Notes: generated by a model not told the origin, from the letters alone. Shown: positions 1 through 11,543, counted from the first letter of the stretch. The stretch: DNA of 43,808 nt from Nemertoderma westbladi (GCA_032718475.1 JAUCBJ010003668.1:1-43808); one strand, 5' to 3'. Made by a program: numbers and translations.

Positions 1-1220
1 CCAATATGCTTACCTCTTGTATTCATCATCCGATTCAAGTTAGTTATGCAAACATAATGGGATTGTTTTGATTTATTCTTATTTTTTACAAGTAATATAT
101 TCAATAACTCTTTATCTGGAGTGATTTTACTAAATGGTGCCTGTCTTAATATAGATACTCGATTGTTGTCGTAGAGTAATAAATTAATTATATATGTTGA
201 ATTCTGTTTTTCAAAAAGTTTAATTGCAAGCGGCCATTCTGTTGGATAATCTTTGTTGCCGTTGTCAAAAATGAAATGATTCATATAATTTTTGTACTGT
301 GAAGTACGGTTTTTGTTTATCTTCACTTTGCTACTAAATTTTGTAGCTATAATTGCCCATTTAAAACAATCATTATCAGCCGTTTGTATATTTATAACAC
401 ATTGTTTACCTGATAGAGCCTTAGGTAACTCCATATAACCGTGTCCCTTATATAGTAACGACCTATACTTGGATTCAGCTACTTTAATTTCAACCCTTAA
501 TAAAGATTTAACACGCCACCCTGAGCCACGAGTGTTAAACATGGCTATTTTTTGCATTAATTTTTCTAATACATACTCAAACCATGTGTCAAAACTTTCA
601 TGTGAATCTACGGTATTAACTGCACCACCTGAAGAACTAAAATAGAAAGCTTCTTCTTGATCACCCTCTGAAAAATGTGATCGATACATGAGTATATTCA
701 CACCTAGCCAGGGTCTAAGTACATTCATTTCGCTAAGTTTTCCTAATAATAAAGTTTGGATGTGAGGTAGAATTTTAATTAATGATGAATGAATATCAGG
801 AAAATCTTCATCATCTGGAAGATTGTAAACATAGATTTCTAAACGGTTATCGTGTGCGGCTCGTTCGATGTTAAAAATTGATGAACCTTGACCAGATTTC
901 AGTCTTTTTCTAGATACCATAGTATTGTTTTGGTTCCGTTGTGGTGGTCTAACATGATAATAACGTTGGTGACAGTCGTGACGTAAGTAATTCTCATATA
1001 AATACTCTTTATTACAAGTAGGGCAAGTTTTTTCATACACGCAAAACTTCATTTCTTTACATCCCGTAGTCGATTCATGTCGTTTACATATTTCTTCACG
1101 TGAACATTTCACACGACAATTAAAACAATTGTATTCTTCAAAATGAGATTTCACATGTGTTAAATAATTTCGTTTAGAAATTTGAAGAGGACAAAATGGA
1201 CATTTCAATTGTTTATCCAT
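1..1220 (-). CDS. Polinton/Maverick (adintovirus-like) zinc-finger + protein-primed DNA polymerase B, N-terminal part; runs off the left edge
   Basis: Open frame from ATG at 1220 to the window edge (missing from the ORF track because it has no stop). Own translation: MDKQLKCPFCPLQISKRNYLTHVKSH...NTRGSGWRV...GYMELPKALSGKQCVINIQTADNDCFKWAI...LFEKQN...HYVCITNLNRM. The GSGW / YxxLP / INIxxxDNxCFxW / FExxN / HYxxI series is typical of the region preceding invertebrate Polinton-type pPolB. The catalytic motifs lie outside the window. Confidence 0.75.
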   Translation of the reverse strand, partial: MDKQLKCPFCPLQISKRNYLTHVKSHFEEYNCFNCRVKCSREEICKRHESTTGCKEMKFCVYEKTCPTCNKEYLYENYLRHDCHQRYYHVRPPQRNQNNTMVSRKRLKSGQGSSIFNIERAAHDNRLEIYVYNLPDDEDFPDIHSSLIKILPHIQTLLLGKLSEMNVLRPWLGVNILMYRSHFSEGDQEEAFYFSSSGGAVNTVDSHESFDTWFEYVLEKLMQKIAMFNTRGSGWRVKSLLRVEIKVAESKYRSLLYKGHGYMELPKALSGKQCVINIQTADNDCFKWAIIATKFSSKVKINKNRTSQYKNYMNHFIFDNGNKDYPTEWPLAIKLFEKQNSTYIINLLLYDNNRVSILRQAPFSKITPDKELLNILLVKNKNKSKQSHYVCITNLNRMMNTRGKHI

Positions 1221-1557
1221 CTCTTTATTATCCTAAAAACAATTTAAAATTAATATGAATATTGTTATATATATAATCAAAAAAAAATTCATAAGCTACT
1301 CAACACAAATAAAATATAATATCTAAACTTTAATTAATTTAATATTTTCAGAATGAGATCAATTGAATCAGTTGAGCTCTTTATATATATATATATATAT
1401 TTCAAGTTTCTACTTATACCAACCAATCATAAATAACAGTTACATTGGAAACTAATATCATAAATAAAGTTGCTTTTACAACTGAATTCTTTATAATAAA
1501 ATCAAGTCTAAACCAAGATATGTCTAATGCGTTTTTAATTTTCATTGATAAAGTAGG

Positions 1558-1695
1558 TTTTACATGCAAATGTTTTATTATGGTGGTGTAAACTCACGCA
1601 TTTACATGCGAATGTTTTATACCTAATCCCGTGCTCACATTAAACTATCACCAATATTTACTCAATAAAGTCACCTTTACATGCAAATACTTTAT
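1558..1695 (+). repeat. Three copies of TTTACATGC(A/G)AAT..TTTAT; two contain the octamer ATGCAAAT
   Basis: Copies at about 1559, 1602 and 1677 in the AT-rich gap upstream of the pPolB-like ORF. Confidence 0.5.
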
Positions 1696-1776
1696 AATAA
1701 TCACGCTTTGTGATAAAAAGTTACCTTTACAAGTCAGTGTGAAACTGAAAAAGAAAAGTCTCTAGTTAATAATAAA

Positions 1777-2823
1777 TCAATCTGATACTGTTTTTATATG
1801 TTCCTTATTGTAATCTGCTACCTCTTCACTTGCTTTTGTAACTTTTATTTTCTTTGTAGGTATAGAATCATTGTTGGGAATGGAAGATGATTGAGATGTA
1901 GATCTGCGCTTTCTATCACTCGAGGTCTCTTCGATGTATGTCTTTGGATTAAATGTGGATGAAACTACTTCTGGAAATGACTTATTATCCTTAAACTTCC
2001 AAGTTGGTGGATATAGAATCACGAAACCGTCTGCTATATCAGTTGATGAAACCTTTAACATCATATCGTAGAGAAACTCTATATATGGTATGTCTTTATC
2101 GTAATGTAACTGTAAATATTTGCTTTCCTTGTCTGTAATAATTACTTTTTTTTCTTGTACATTTATTTTTACTTTAAGTCGGTCAGATAAAGCTACTTTA
2201 TCGTCCGTATCTAGCTCTGAAAAGACACCTTCGTTACTAATTTCATAATTCCATTCATACCACAATGAATTTACTTCCGATGCTGTTAAGTTAAACCCAT
2301 TATAATACCTAAGACCAATAGCATCAGAATATCTAGCTGAAATCTCCCATAGTCCCATATAAGTCGCTCCTTTATATTTGCTTACAAAACCAACAAAAGA
2401 TGGGTTGGTTAAATTAACAACATAACACTGATTTATTATTTCGAGTGGTGGTGATAACAATTCTAATATTTCTGTCTTACTCTGAAGTAATAAATTAATG
2501 AGTGATTTGTTTAGAATTTGACATTTACCTTGCTTCTGAATATATACGTTTTCAGTAATAACACAGGTGGAAATATTTAACTTTCCTCTTGTAAATTCTA
2601 TATTAGGATAAATATTACCTCTTGAAACTGGTGATTCCTTTTGTCGGTTGAATAATATTTCTAAGACGTCTAGAAGGTAGAGTGTATCCTGGTAAGAGAA
2701 GCACGTTGTTACATTGCTATCGCTTGAGAGTAATATAAAGTACTTGCCATAAACAATACTACAGGTATATTTATTAAATGTAAATTTCCAAGTATTGCTT
2801 GAAGTTTTTTTAAATAAATCCAT
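1777..2823 (-). CDS. 348-aa protein with a PC4/Sub1-like ssDNA-binding motif; probable Polinton accessory gene
   Basis: Intronless ORF. FVSKYKGATYMGLWE...NGFNLTASEVNSL resembles the PC4 pattern VSxFKGxxYxDIRE...GISLTxEQWxxL. Basic, Ser-rich C-terminal tail. Confidence 0.55.
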   Translation of the reverse strand: MDLFKKTSSNTWKFTFNKYTCSIVYGKYFILLSSDSNVTTCFSYQDTLYLLDVLEILFNRQKESPVSRGNIYPNIEFTRGKLNISTCVITENVYIQKQGKCQILNKSLINLLLQSKTEILELLSPPLEIINQCYVVNLTNPSFVGFVSKYKGATYMGLWEISARYSDAIGLRYYNGFNLTASEVNSLWYEWNYEISNEGVFSELDTDDKVALSDRLKVKINVQEKKVIITDKESKYLQLHYDKDIPYIEFLYDMMLKVSSTDIADGFVILYPPTWKFKDNKSFPEVVSSTFNPKTYIEETSSDRKRRSTSQSSSIPNNDSIPTKKIKVTKASEEVADYNKEHIKTVSD

Positions 2824-2946
2824 AATTAGAATGAAAACTATTTTGAAAAATAAAAACTAAATAAATGATTATTAGATTGTAAAACTTCTGTTTATATGGT
2901 TGCTTTAATACAGCAGAGTGACTTACAGTGAGGAATATAGTTGCTT

Positions 2947-3037
2947 CGTGTAACAGATGCAACGTGTACAGCTAAATTTATTACATTAGCGTGAGTTAGA
3001 GAGTGAAATAGCAGTAACGTGTAACAGATGCAACGTG
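2947..3037 (+). promoter_or_regulatory. 20-bp direct repeat CGTGTAACAGATGCAACGTG (E-box CAGATG) in a divergent intergenic region
   Basis: Exact copies at about 2947 and 3018, between the diverging ORFs 2823(-) and 3610(+). Confidence 0.45.
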
Positions 3038-3627
3038 ATCAATGCTAGCCCAGTCATTCTAACTTATATTCAACTTAGTTGATCGATCAGTTACATCGAT
3101 AAAAGAAATCGATTATTATTAATAGTCGAATTAATGTATTCTACGCTATAGTAATTATGTTAAGGAACTAGAAGCTATTTATAATCATCTGCTACCAGTG
3201 ATGAAGATGAAGAATTCAATGACTATGGTATAACTCAGATATTTATCGCCTTTTTCTCTCGAGGTTGGATGGAAGAGTGATTGGTGAGTTGTGAGGAGTT
3301 ATATCAGTCCCGGGTTCGAACCCTGTTGAATATTTTGTTATCTGAAAAATTGCAAAATTAAATTTAGTTACTAGTGAAAAATAGCGATTTGAAAAATAAT
3401 AGAAGTTACCTGATGCTAAGTGTAGACACCCGAACACCTGTAAAATAAAGGTTGGTGATTGGATGCAGTACTAGCGTCGGGGGACTAATAACGCCTCTAG
3501 CGGAATAAGCGGGAACTTGAGAAGTTACCATGGTTACGGATGAAATGCCGTCATCTGATTGGTTGAAATAATAACGACCACCGCAAAAGGTTGAAATGGT
3601 GGCTTCTGATTGGCTGCAGTACCAGAA

Positions 3628-4611
3628 ATGGATGGTAATGATGGACTACGGGTGACCATGATGCCGGGTCACAGTATTGTATACTACTTATGCGCATCGA
3701 GAGATCATTTCACTCCTATGGACTCAGACGTACCCTGCTCCTATTTCCATGAACAACCGATGATGGAGATCTATTGTGCGTATTGCAGACTCAATAACTC
3801 GCACATTTTCGCAGTCTGCCCCCAATTTATGACTCAATGCCATCATTGTCAACTTAAAGGACAAGCCAGTTTTAATTGTCCTTTTAACCGCGATCTGGAA
3901 AGCGTAGATGAGATGATTACCCTGCGCTACATCCGAGCTTGGGAAGCGAATGCGGATTTACATTGTGAGTCACGCCATCGCTATTACCCTGGACGCGCCT
4001 ACGAAGGAGTTTACGCGTTCTATCCTTATCTATTCGCGTCTGTTGAACAAAAAACACGCACACCGAATTACGAACTAATGAAGCGTGTTGGTGAGTGTAT
4101 TTCCACCAAATTTGTTCGAAAATATCTCAGGAACATCAATCCTAACGATATTAATTCATACCATTTGATCAATTTCATCCGTCAAGACCCGGAGTATGGC
4201 GATTTGTTCATCAACTCGCATCCTGAGTTACAGGAAGTACATCGACGGCCCTACGAATATCGAGCCCGAGAACGCGAGCTGGAAAGAACCATTAAACCGA
4301 GGAAGTTTCTCACCACTCACAGTCCGCCTACCGCTATCGTTCAGACGACTCGTCAGGGACCAGTAGGAGCTGCTGTCCTAAGACGCGCTCTAAAGGCCGT
4401 TAGACCTCGCTCCACTGAAGTTGATATCGATCAACCAGGTACCTCGACCGGCGGATACACCGACCGTAATCCTAAACCTTCTGATGCAATTGTATTGCAC
4501 CCTTCACCCAGGAGTTATAGCCCTCCTAGTAAAGTGGCTCGCCCCAAAGAGAAAAGGACTCTTGCTAGCCTTAAAAAACTGCGTAAACGCCGTCCGCGCA
4601 AGAAAGACTAA
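3628..4611 (+). CDS. Twin zinc-knuckle-like protein with a very basic C-terminus (nucleic-acid-binding candidate)
   Basis: The ORF track gives 3610-4611 from a TTG; the first ATG is at 3628. CAYCRLNNSHIFAVCP-x-CHHCQLKGQASFNCP; C-terminus KKLRKRRPRKKD. Higher GC than its flanks. Confidence 0.6.
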   Translation: MDGNDGLRVTMMPGHSIVYYLCASRDHFTPMDSDVPCSYFHEQPMMEIYCAYCRLNNSHIFAVCPQFMTQCHHCQLKGQASFNCPFNRDLESVDEMITLRYIRAWEANADLHCESRHRYYPGRAYEGVYAFYPYLFASVEQKTRTPNYELMKRVGECISTKFVRKYLRNINPNDINSYHLINFIRQDPEYGDLFINSHPELQEVHRRPYEYRARERELERTIKPRKFLTTHSPPTAIVQTTRQGPVGAAVLRRALKAVRPRSTEVDIDQPGTSTGGYTDRNPKPSDAIVLHPSPRSYSPPSKVARPKEKRTLASLKKLRKRRPRKKD

Positions 4612-4739
4612 CTGTTTAGAGTATTTTTATATTTTAGAAACTGTGATTTTTTATATTTTATAGAATTAAATCCCATTTTCTGGGAGCGGTGTAAAGGCTT
4701 TTGCGGAATTAGCTGGTTATTTTCCCCGCAAAGTACTCT

Positions 4740-4845
4740 GTAGGTGTTTTAACGGACATAAAAAGCCGTTTCCTTACTGTACCGGTGTTTTAGTGGACAT
4801 AAAAAGCCATTTCTTCTGTATGTGTACTTTAGCGGACATAACTAG
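4740..4845 (+). repeat. Three short direct repeats GGACATAA(AAAGCC)
   Basis: gtgttttaacggacataaaaagcc, gtgttttagtggacataaaaagcc, ctttagcggacataac. Confidence 0.5.
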
Positions 4846-6299
4846 CGATTTTATGTCGCAATAAGCCAAAATCCTCTTGATACAGTGTAGTTACGATGAC
4901 GACATCTATCAGTTGATATGTACACGTGTAATTTTTCCCTTGTTCTTTGTTCGGTCGACCAATCAGAGCGATTTTCATTTTATTTGTACAGAAGCCTCCG
5001 GGAAATCGCGCAATGCATTACGGTTTATGTTTACCTTTTTTCCTGATGCCAGAACACCGGCTTTGGAATTATTCTGTGTTTCAGACTTTAGCCAAACATT
5101 AGTAGGCTTTGATCATAGAAACGTATAACTGTTATCAAATCAAACCATAATTCAAACGAATCACACTTGTCATATTGTCACATACAAACACCGCATTATT
5201 TTATTGCTATTTACTGTCGGTTATTAATTGTATCAGTTGATGGAATCTTGTTATATTTGGATAATATCGATAAATAATCATAAAACCCCAATCTTCTTGA
5301 TATACTGAAGGTAAGAGACCGGTTACATATAGCAATTGCGACTTACATTATATTGGTTTTGGAGTGAATCTAATGCTATTTCATAGGCACTACATGTGTC
5401 GGTTGCTGTTCTCTTTATATGTGACTAAAATTAGTGAAGGTCGGCAGATCGGTGTGCAGCATTGTGCGGTAGTGTGCATGAGTGTGATAGATAACAAAGC
5501 ATCTCCTAAAGAATGCGCTTTATACGTGAATCAATAGCCATCCTGTTGTGTTTAGTGTAAGTCATAACTCTGTTTACATACTTAGAGCGCCACGTCCTAA
5601 AGGAACTGTTGATATTTCCCGAAAGTGAATAATATTTGTCAGAGATTGTACATTAATGATCAATCGAATAATACAGTAGGCCTACACCGCAATAAGGTCA
5701 GAGCTTCCGAATCCAGTCTCCCGGGTATATCCAGCGGGTGAATGGTCGCGCATAGGCTGGCTTCGGCTAATGTAGTGTATCAAATACTCGTCATAGGCTA
5801 AAGTCGATTTATAACCTAGAAGACACCTAAATTTGGCAGGTTAAACTGCTAAAGGTCTAAAAGCGCGAACACAACGGCAGTACAGCAATATGGCTGTACG
5901 GTGTACCGTGCGAATGCAGCAATGACTGAATGATTAGCGGTAACTATCTAAACTATTATATTATTATTACCGGTACCGGTACTGGCAGACTGGGCTAATT
6001 AGGCCTAAACTTTAATCACCGCAAGGGTTGCCGGGGTTAATTAGATTACATGATATGGCATGTCTGCAGTGTATGGTACCGGCTGACCAGTATTGCAGTA
6101 TTGATTCAGTATCGATTCAGGGATTGAGTACAGCCTGACAGTACCGGTACACATGGTACATGCAGACAACCCCAATGTATTGCAAAATTTGTCAGAAAAA
6201 CCAGCTGATTTATCCTACAGTAATAATAATTTAACGCATTTTAAATTTGGATAAATAAATTTATTATAACTGCAATAACAGTTACACTGATGCTGCACG

Positions 6300-6515
6300 A
6301 AGACCCCACGCAAATTCTTTTTGGAAAATTTTCAAACTTTTGCCAAACAACATGTGTACCAAGTTTGGATAGATTTCATCAAGGATTGGCCGAGTTATTA
6401 ACGTTTAAAATAAAATACTGAAAAAAAAACGCGACAGAACGAAAGAACGACAGAACGACAGGTTGATTAATGGTACCCCTACGCTAAGGCTCACTCACTT
6501 CGTGGCTCGCCCCAC
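6300..6515 (+). mobile_element. 3' end of a Helentron/DINE-1-like non-autonomous element
   Basis: tgtgtaccaagtttg motif, GACAGAAC microrepeats, and a terminal imperfect hairpin ggctcactcacttcgtggctcgcc. This layout is typical of Helentron-associated elements. Confidence 0.4.
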
Positions 6516-6796
6516 AGTACGTTTGTTGTGGTTAGTGACGGGTTGTTAGTATCTCATGCAAAATAAATGTTGGACTTTATTTGCAAATATTGGGACCATG
6601 CATTTTCTAACTTACAGGTTTCGTTGCATTGCTTGATCAAACGTATCCTGTATTCTATAATGCGTGGTATTTTACTCTCCGACGTCGGTAGAGGTGTGCT
6701 GTTGGTCTGCCTCTGCGTCATTGGGGTGGGGAGGGGGGGGGGGGGGTGTCAGATTTATCTATTCGTGTTGATGGTTGGTGAGGATTCTACTTTTGG

Positions 6797-7042
6797 CTAG
6801 GTCTGGCCTAGAGTAGAAGCAGTTCCGCGGCAATAATAATCTTGCTCCTCCTTGCACTTCACTGCTATCAGGGATGCGTTTTTCGACAGAGCCCCGTCAG
6901 CTGAAACAGCCAGTGCCGCTAGTCGGTGGGGTTGACTTGTTGACGAGAGGCGCAATGATACGCATTGCGTATCTCCTTCTGTCAACCAATACTGGCCATA
7001 AGTAGGTATACCATTGTAATTTAAGTACGTAGGGCCTAACAC
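6797..7042 (-). pseudogene. Possible C-type-lectin-like exon or fragment
   Basis: YW...QCVSL...VKCKEEQDYYCR resembles the C-terminal Cys pattern of CTL domains. No ATG and no partner exons were identified. Confidence 0.25.
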
Positions 7043-7093
7043 TAAGTAAGCGCTACTGTAAATACGTAGATACTACTGTAAATATGTTATATA

Positions 7094-8149
7094 GGCCCGG
7101 TTTCTCAAACGAAGTGCCCACTTATCCAAAATGGCCACTTAATAATTTTAAATACCCACTTTGTTAATGGCCAATTAGTTTAAGTTAAGTATTGTTTCTC
7201 ATAAAAAGATAAGGAGCACTTAACTAAGTGGCCAATTTAATAATTTAAAATAATATGTATCCTAAACTGAAAGTTTAGTTCAGTAGTTAGCGGACCGGTA
7301 GCTAACAGTTCAATCAGTTAAATATGTTCATATGTGAATGGAAGATCAATTTAATTTATTTTTATTACGTCTGAGCAAAGGGTGACAACAAAACAAAGAC
7401 CCAAAACTTTGAATAATAATAAATAATTTAAATAATAATAATAATTACTGTAAATAATAAAATAATTTTAGCTAGCTAGACCAAGCCTTGATTACTAGCC
7501 ATTTTAAATATGAAAAATGACTATCTATATGTTCTAGAACATTATAATTTTTATTTTATTTATGTTCTAGAATAGTGTATAATGATATTTCGTTCTAGAA
7601 CTCTACAATGTTGCCATGGTAACGATGATTTATGTTATAAAAATGCGACTGCATACGGAACTGTTCCCTAAAATTCAGTATCGTTATAGGCCTTTACTTG
7701 TACCGGGTAGGAGTCAATGGCGCAAAATGACCGCAAACACAATGTAAATTTTAGTGGGTTTGAAAATTAATTTAATTTATTTAAGGGAAACATTAAAGGA
7801 AAGGAGCAGATTACACGGTCAATTACAAAGATCACTATTTTCACTTATGATCAATGTGCGCCACGATCTGACTTGTAGTGGATTGAGTTTGATGATGTTT
7901 ACTCTCAAATTTCGTCAATGCCTATTTATAACTACTGGAACAAAAGCCATAACATAACAAACTGCATTTATATTATTTACTTAACACTTTAAGTGGCATG
8001 ATAAGGTACCTCCAAGGGTACTTAAGTTCTCCCTTAAATGTGAAACTTTAAATGGTTATTTAACTTTTAAGAAACTGCAAATAAATTTAAGGAGGCACTT
8101 AGAAACAAGTTCCCACATTAAAGTTAAGTGAGTTTTGAGAAACCGGCCC
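7094..8149. mobile_element. PIF/Harbinger-like MITE
   Basis: TIRs GGCCCGGTTTCTCAAA (7094) and TTTGAGAAACCGGCCC (ends 8149), flanked by ATA on both sides (3-bp TSD). Non-coding. Contains a nested fragment of the GTTCTAGAAC MITE family. Confidence 0.7.
7480..7667. mobile_element. Right-end fragment of the Merlin-like GTTCTAGAAC MITE family
   Basis: Matches about 34760-34949 (gttctagaatagtgtat...gttgccatggtaac.atgatttatgttataaaaatgc...tacggaactgtt). Confidence 0.6.
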
Positions 8150-8289
8150 ATAGATTACATATGTAATTTATATGATTAAGGTGCAAAATGATGGAGTTTT
8201 ATCGATAATTATCAGTAATTATTACAGCTAATCACGTTAAATATGTACTGTATGTATGTATAGACAGATGAATATGCTTTATACAGTTT

Positions 8290-8705
8290 GATTAGGCTTC
8301 AATAGGACGCTTATCTTCCAGATATGCGTCTAATTTATGTTTGAAAATTCGAATAGATTGTGCCTGCCGCACAGTTTCGGGGACTCCATTCCAGAATTCC
8401 GGGGCCCTGACTTTGATGGATTGCTTGGCAATCTGTAATCTTGTACGGGGTACAGTACATTGTCCGTTAGTAGCATTTCTTTGTACGGTGATTGTGCGTG
8501 GTAGATGTGAGTGAAGTAGTGTTGGTAGGATGTTTGGTGGTAGTAATTTATGTAAGTTTTATAGATATAGCAAAGTACAGTATCGCGACTTGTTTTTTGA
8601 AGATTGAAGTAATAGTGAGTGGTCGAAAATCTGTTTCCTCTAGACTGTACATTTTTTATGGCCCTGTTTTGTAAACTCTGGAGTAATTTTATTGTGGTAA
8701 GCAAT
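8290..8705 (-). mobile_element. CR1/L2-group LINE ORF2 C-terminal fragment (degenerate)
   Basis: Minus strand reads LQSLQNRAIK... and, after frameshifts, RTRLQIAKQSIKVRAPEFWNGVPETVRQAQSIRIFKHKLDAYL. This is the conserved S..R.P..WN.(L/V)P...S...FK..L tail of these LINEs. Confidence 0.65.
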
Positions 8706-9767
8706 CGGCCAGCAGTTCTCCAGTCTGCCGCAGTAGTAGGGTCTTGGGCGGCTCTGCGACAGTTAGACCCAACTGACACCCATTGGGTGTCATATGACAC
8801 CCAATTATCACCCTATGGGTGTCATTGGGTGTCATTGGCGCCAGACTGTCTGTGTGACACCTCCCAATTAGGCTAATTAGACCCTAATTGACAGGTGTCA
8901 TCAATTAATTAGTACAATTAAACCCTAACAGGTGTCATATGACTCCTAATTAGGGTTTAATTGATTATCCTAATTAATCAGACTGATTAGCGCCCTGACA
9001 CACAATGGGTCATCAGTGTTGTCTAACTGTCGCAGAGCCGGCTCAAGAGGGTGTCATAAGTGACACCGCAGTTCTTTTATTCATTAATACCTATTTATTT
9101 ATATTTAATTTTAATTAATTATTTGTATTCTATTTTACTTTATTTATTCATTTGTACTTTATTTTAAATTAATTAATTGTAGTACTTTTACTTTATATAT
9201 TGATTTCTATTTTTAGATTAATTAGTTTTTATATTACTTACCGCTACTAAATGAGATCATTATTGGAAGCATGTAACCATAGACTTGCAGCCTTATTTAG
9301 CCCTAGGGTATACAGCTCCCTTACTGGTAACTATTTTGGAGTTAATGTTAGCGAAGGGCCTAAACTTAAGACAAGCTATCGCCTAGGTTACCAGTTACGC
9401 ATGAATGAGCAATTTATCGGGGCCCCTCTTAAAATTATTTGTGCTGCGTCAGGATTGCCTCATTTAAGGAAGCCGCATCCCTATCGATAATCTAATTATG
9501 GTATTGCTAACCATTTTCAGTATACTGTATAATTAAATAGGGCCCTCTTTTAATACATAAGTTTATATATATACAGTTTATCTTCAATTTAATTTGTTTT
9601 TATTTACAACCCTAATTGTTCTACTGTATTATAATTTATGTTTTATAATAACAAGCTATATCCGGTTAATCCGTATTAATTTTCTTTGTACTGAGGTTAT
9701 CGAGGGCGCTCTTTCCAATGGTCCTATTCTCAAAACGATCTAACCTACTGTATAATTAATTACTTAA

Positions 9768-11330
9768 CCCTATTAGTACCGGGCTATAAAATGTTGTACA
9801 AATACCGGGAGGGGGTCATATTGACCCCCCCCCCCCCCCTCTAAAATCTACAAATATTTACGAAAACGTCTGATTTTTTGTTTGTACATAGGTATCACTT
9901 GTCTGGATCGGACCGAAAAAATAAATTTTCGAAAAAATGTACTGGGGTGGTTATATTGCAGCACCAAAATTACAAGTAGTGCACAATTTTCACAAAATTT
10001 GAAAGTTACATTTTCGGCTAATTATTTTTCAATACAGGTTTTTTGGGGTGCAAAATACATTGGAAAATATTTAAAAATGATATGATTACTATAAATGGCT
10101 GTTTAGTCCTCTCTGCGTAGGAAAAAAATGAAAAAAACAAGTAACCAGCACTTTTCAGTTAGAACACAAAATTTTTAATTCACTTATACGATGCTATAAA
10201 TTCACATTTTCAGGTTTTCGAGGGCGCTGATTCTAATGGAATACATTTCTAATATGCCAGATCATTGCTACTTGTATTTTTCGGCGGAATTTAGCAAATT
10301 TTGGTGCTAGCACCAAATTTCGCACCCATCACCAAAAAGTACAAGTTTGCGATGTCCAGTGCTGTTTTTATTGATTCCATCGGATTCAGGACCCTCATAA
10401 ACCCGTATAACGCAAGAAACAAGGTGATACTATCTACTTACAGTATCAATGTGCATATTTTCCAAAATTTGGTGCTGGCACAACAATTTTCACCCACCGG
10501 CGAAAAATACAAGTTTGAGAACTCTTATGAAATTTTTACTGATTCCATTGAATTCAGAACCATCACAAACCCGTATAACGCAAGAAACAAGGTGACACAA
10601 TCAATTGATATATTTGATGGTTTTCAAAATTTGGTGCTAGCACCACATTTTGCACCCACATCCGAAAAATACAAGTTTGAGATGTCTAGTTCGATAATTA
10701 TATTTTCCATTGAATTCAGAACAGCCATAAACCTCTAAAACGCAAGAAATAAATTGTCACAAGCAATTTTATATATTGAATGGATTTTCAAAATTTCGTG
10801 CTAGCACCAAAATTAGCACACAGCACCGAAAAATACAAGTTTGATACGCTTGGTTCAACTAGTATATATTTCATCGAATCCAGAACCTCAAAAAACCCCA
10901 ATTGTGTAAAAAACAAATTTCAAACAATCAATTTACAAAATTGACTTATTTCAAAATTTGGTTCTGCCACCAAAATTTGGCACCCATCGAAAAAAACAAG
11001 TTTGAAATTTCTAAATCAATTTATATTAATTCCATCCAATTTCTAACACCAAAAAACCGGTGTAAATCAAAAATAGAGATGTTACAATTCATATTTAATG
11101 AAATGTAATTTTCAAAAAACTTCTCAAAAAAAGTGCCAAAAGTAGGGTTAAAAAATGGTGCTATAACTCGAAAAGTACCCAATATTTTTGAAAACGGTTT
11201 TCACTACCATGAAGACAATAGATTTTTAGGAAAAGTCATAAAATTTCAGATTCCCAACTGCGTTTGTTTCAGAATTATAAGAAAAAACCACGGGGGGGGT
11301 CATATTGACCCCTCCCCGGGTTTAATAGGG
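9768..11330. mobile_element. piggyBac-type MITE inserted in the left TIR
   Basis: TTAA|CCCTATTAGTACCGGG ... CCCGGGTTTAATAGGG|TTAA. The right TIR shows the empty site (gcagtcTTAAgtaatt, ~17474). Subterminal palindrome GGGGGTCATATTGACCCC near both ends. Confidence 0.9.
10295..11060 (+). repeat. About 5 degenerate ~165-bp tandem units inside the piggyBac MITE
   Basis: Recurring aaatttggtgctagcacc...aaaatacaagtttga...ttccattgaattcagaac at about 10297, 10466, 10628, 10790 and 10954. Confidence 0.75.
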
Positions 11331-11543
11331 TTAAGACTGCGAGGTATGCGTAATTAACAAATCTCATTTACCAGTTTTCCTTAAAAACTATGAAGTTATA
11401 TTGCTTAAGAGTTCTAAGGGGCGAGCCATGAGGCAAGATGTTTGAGGCTTATTTAGATATATTATACTTAATTTTGACCCCCCCCCCCCATTCGGCATCT
11501 ACTACGGCATAGGCTATATCTTTTGCAGAGTCACAGAATAGTA

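Noticed and set aside
3700-3890. Nanos zinc finger in the 333-aa ORF
   Set aside because: The spacing fits short CCHC knuckles, not the longer Nanos CCHC spacing.
7055-7085. TACTACT as the right terminus of the left Polinton-like block
   Set aside because: No partner TIR or TSD can be tested in this window, and the motif is common in this AT-rich sequence.
10301-10738. 145-aa repetitive ORF
   Set aside because: Arises from the ~165-bp internal repeats of a non-coding MITE.
11417-11430. 14-bp match AAGGGGCGAGCCAT between the Polinton TIR and the Gypsy LTR
   Set aside because: Short, with no flanking homology; cannot be separated from chance or a common factor-binding site.
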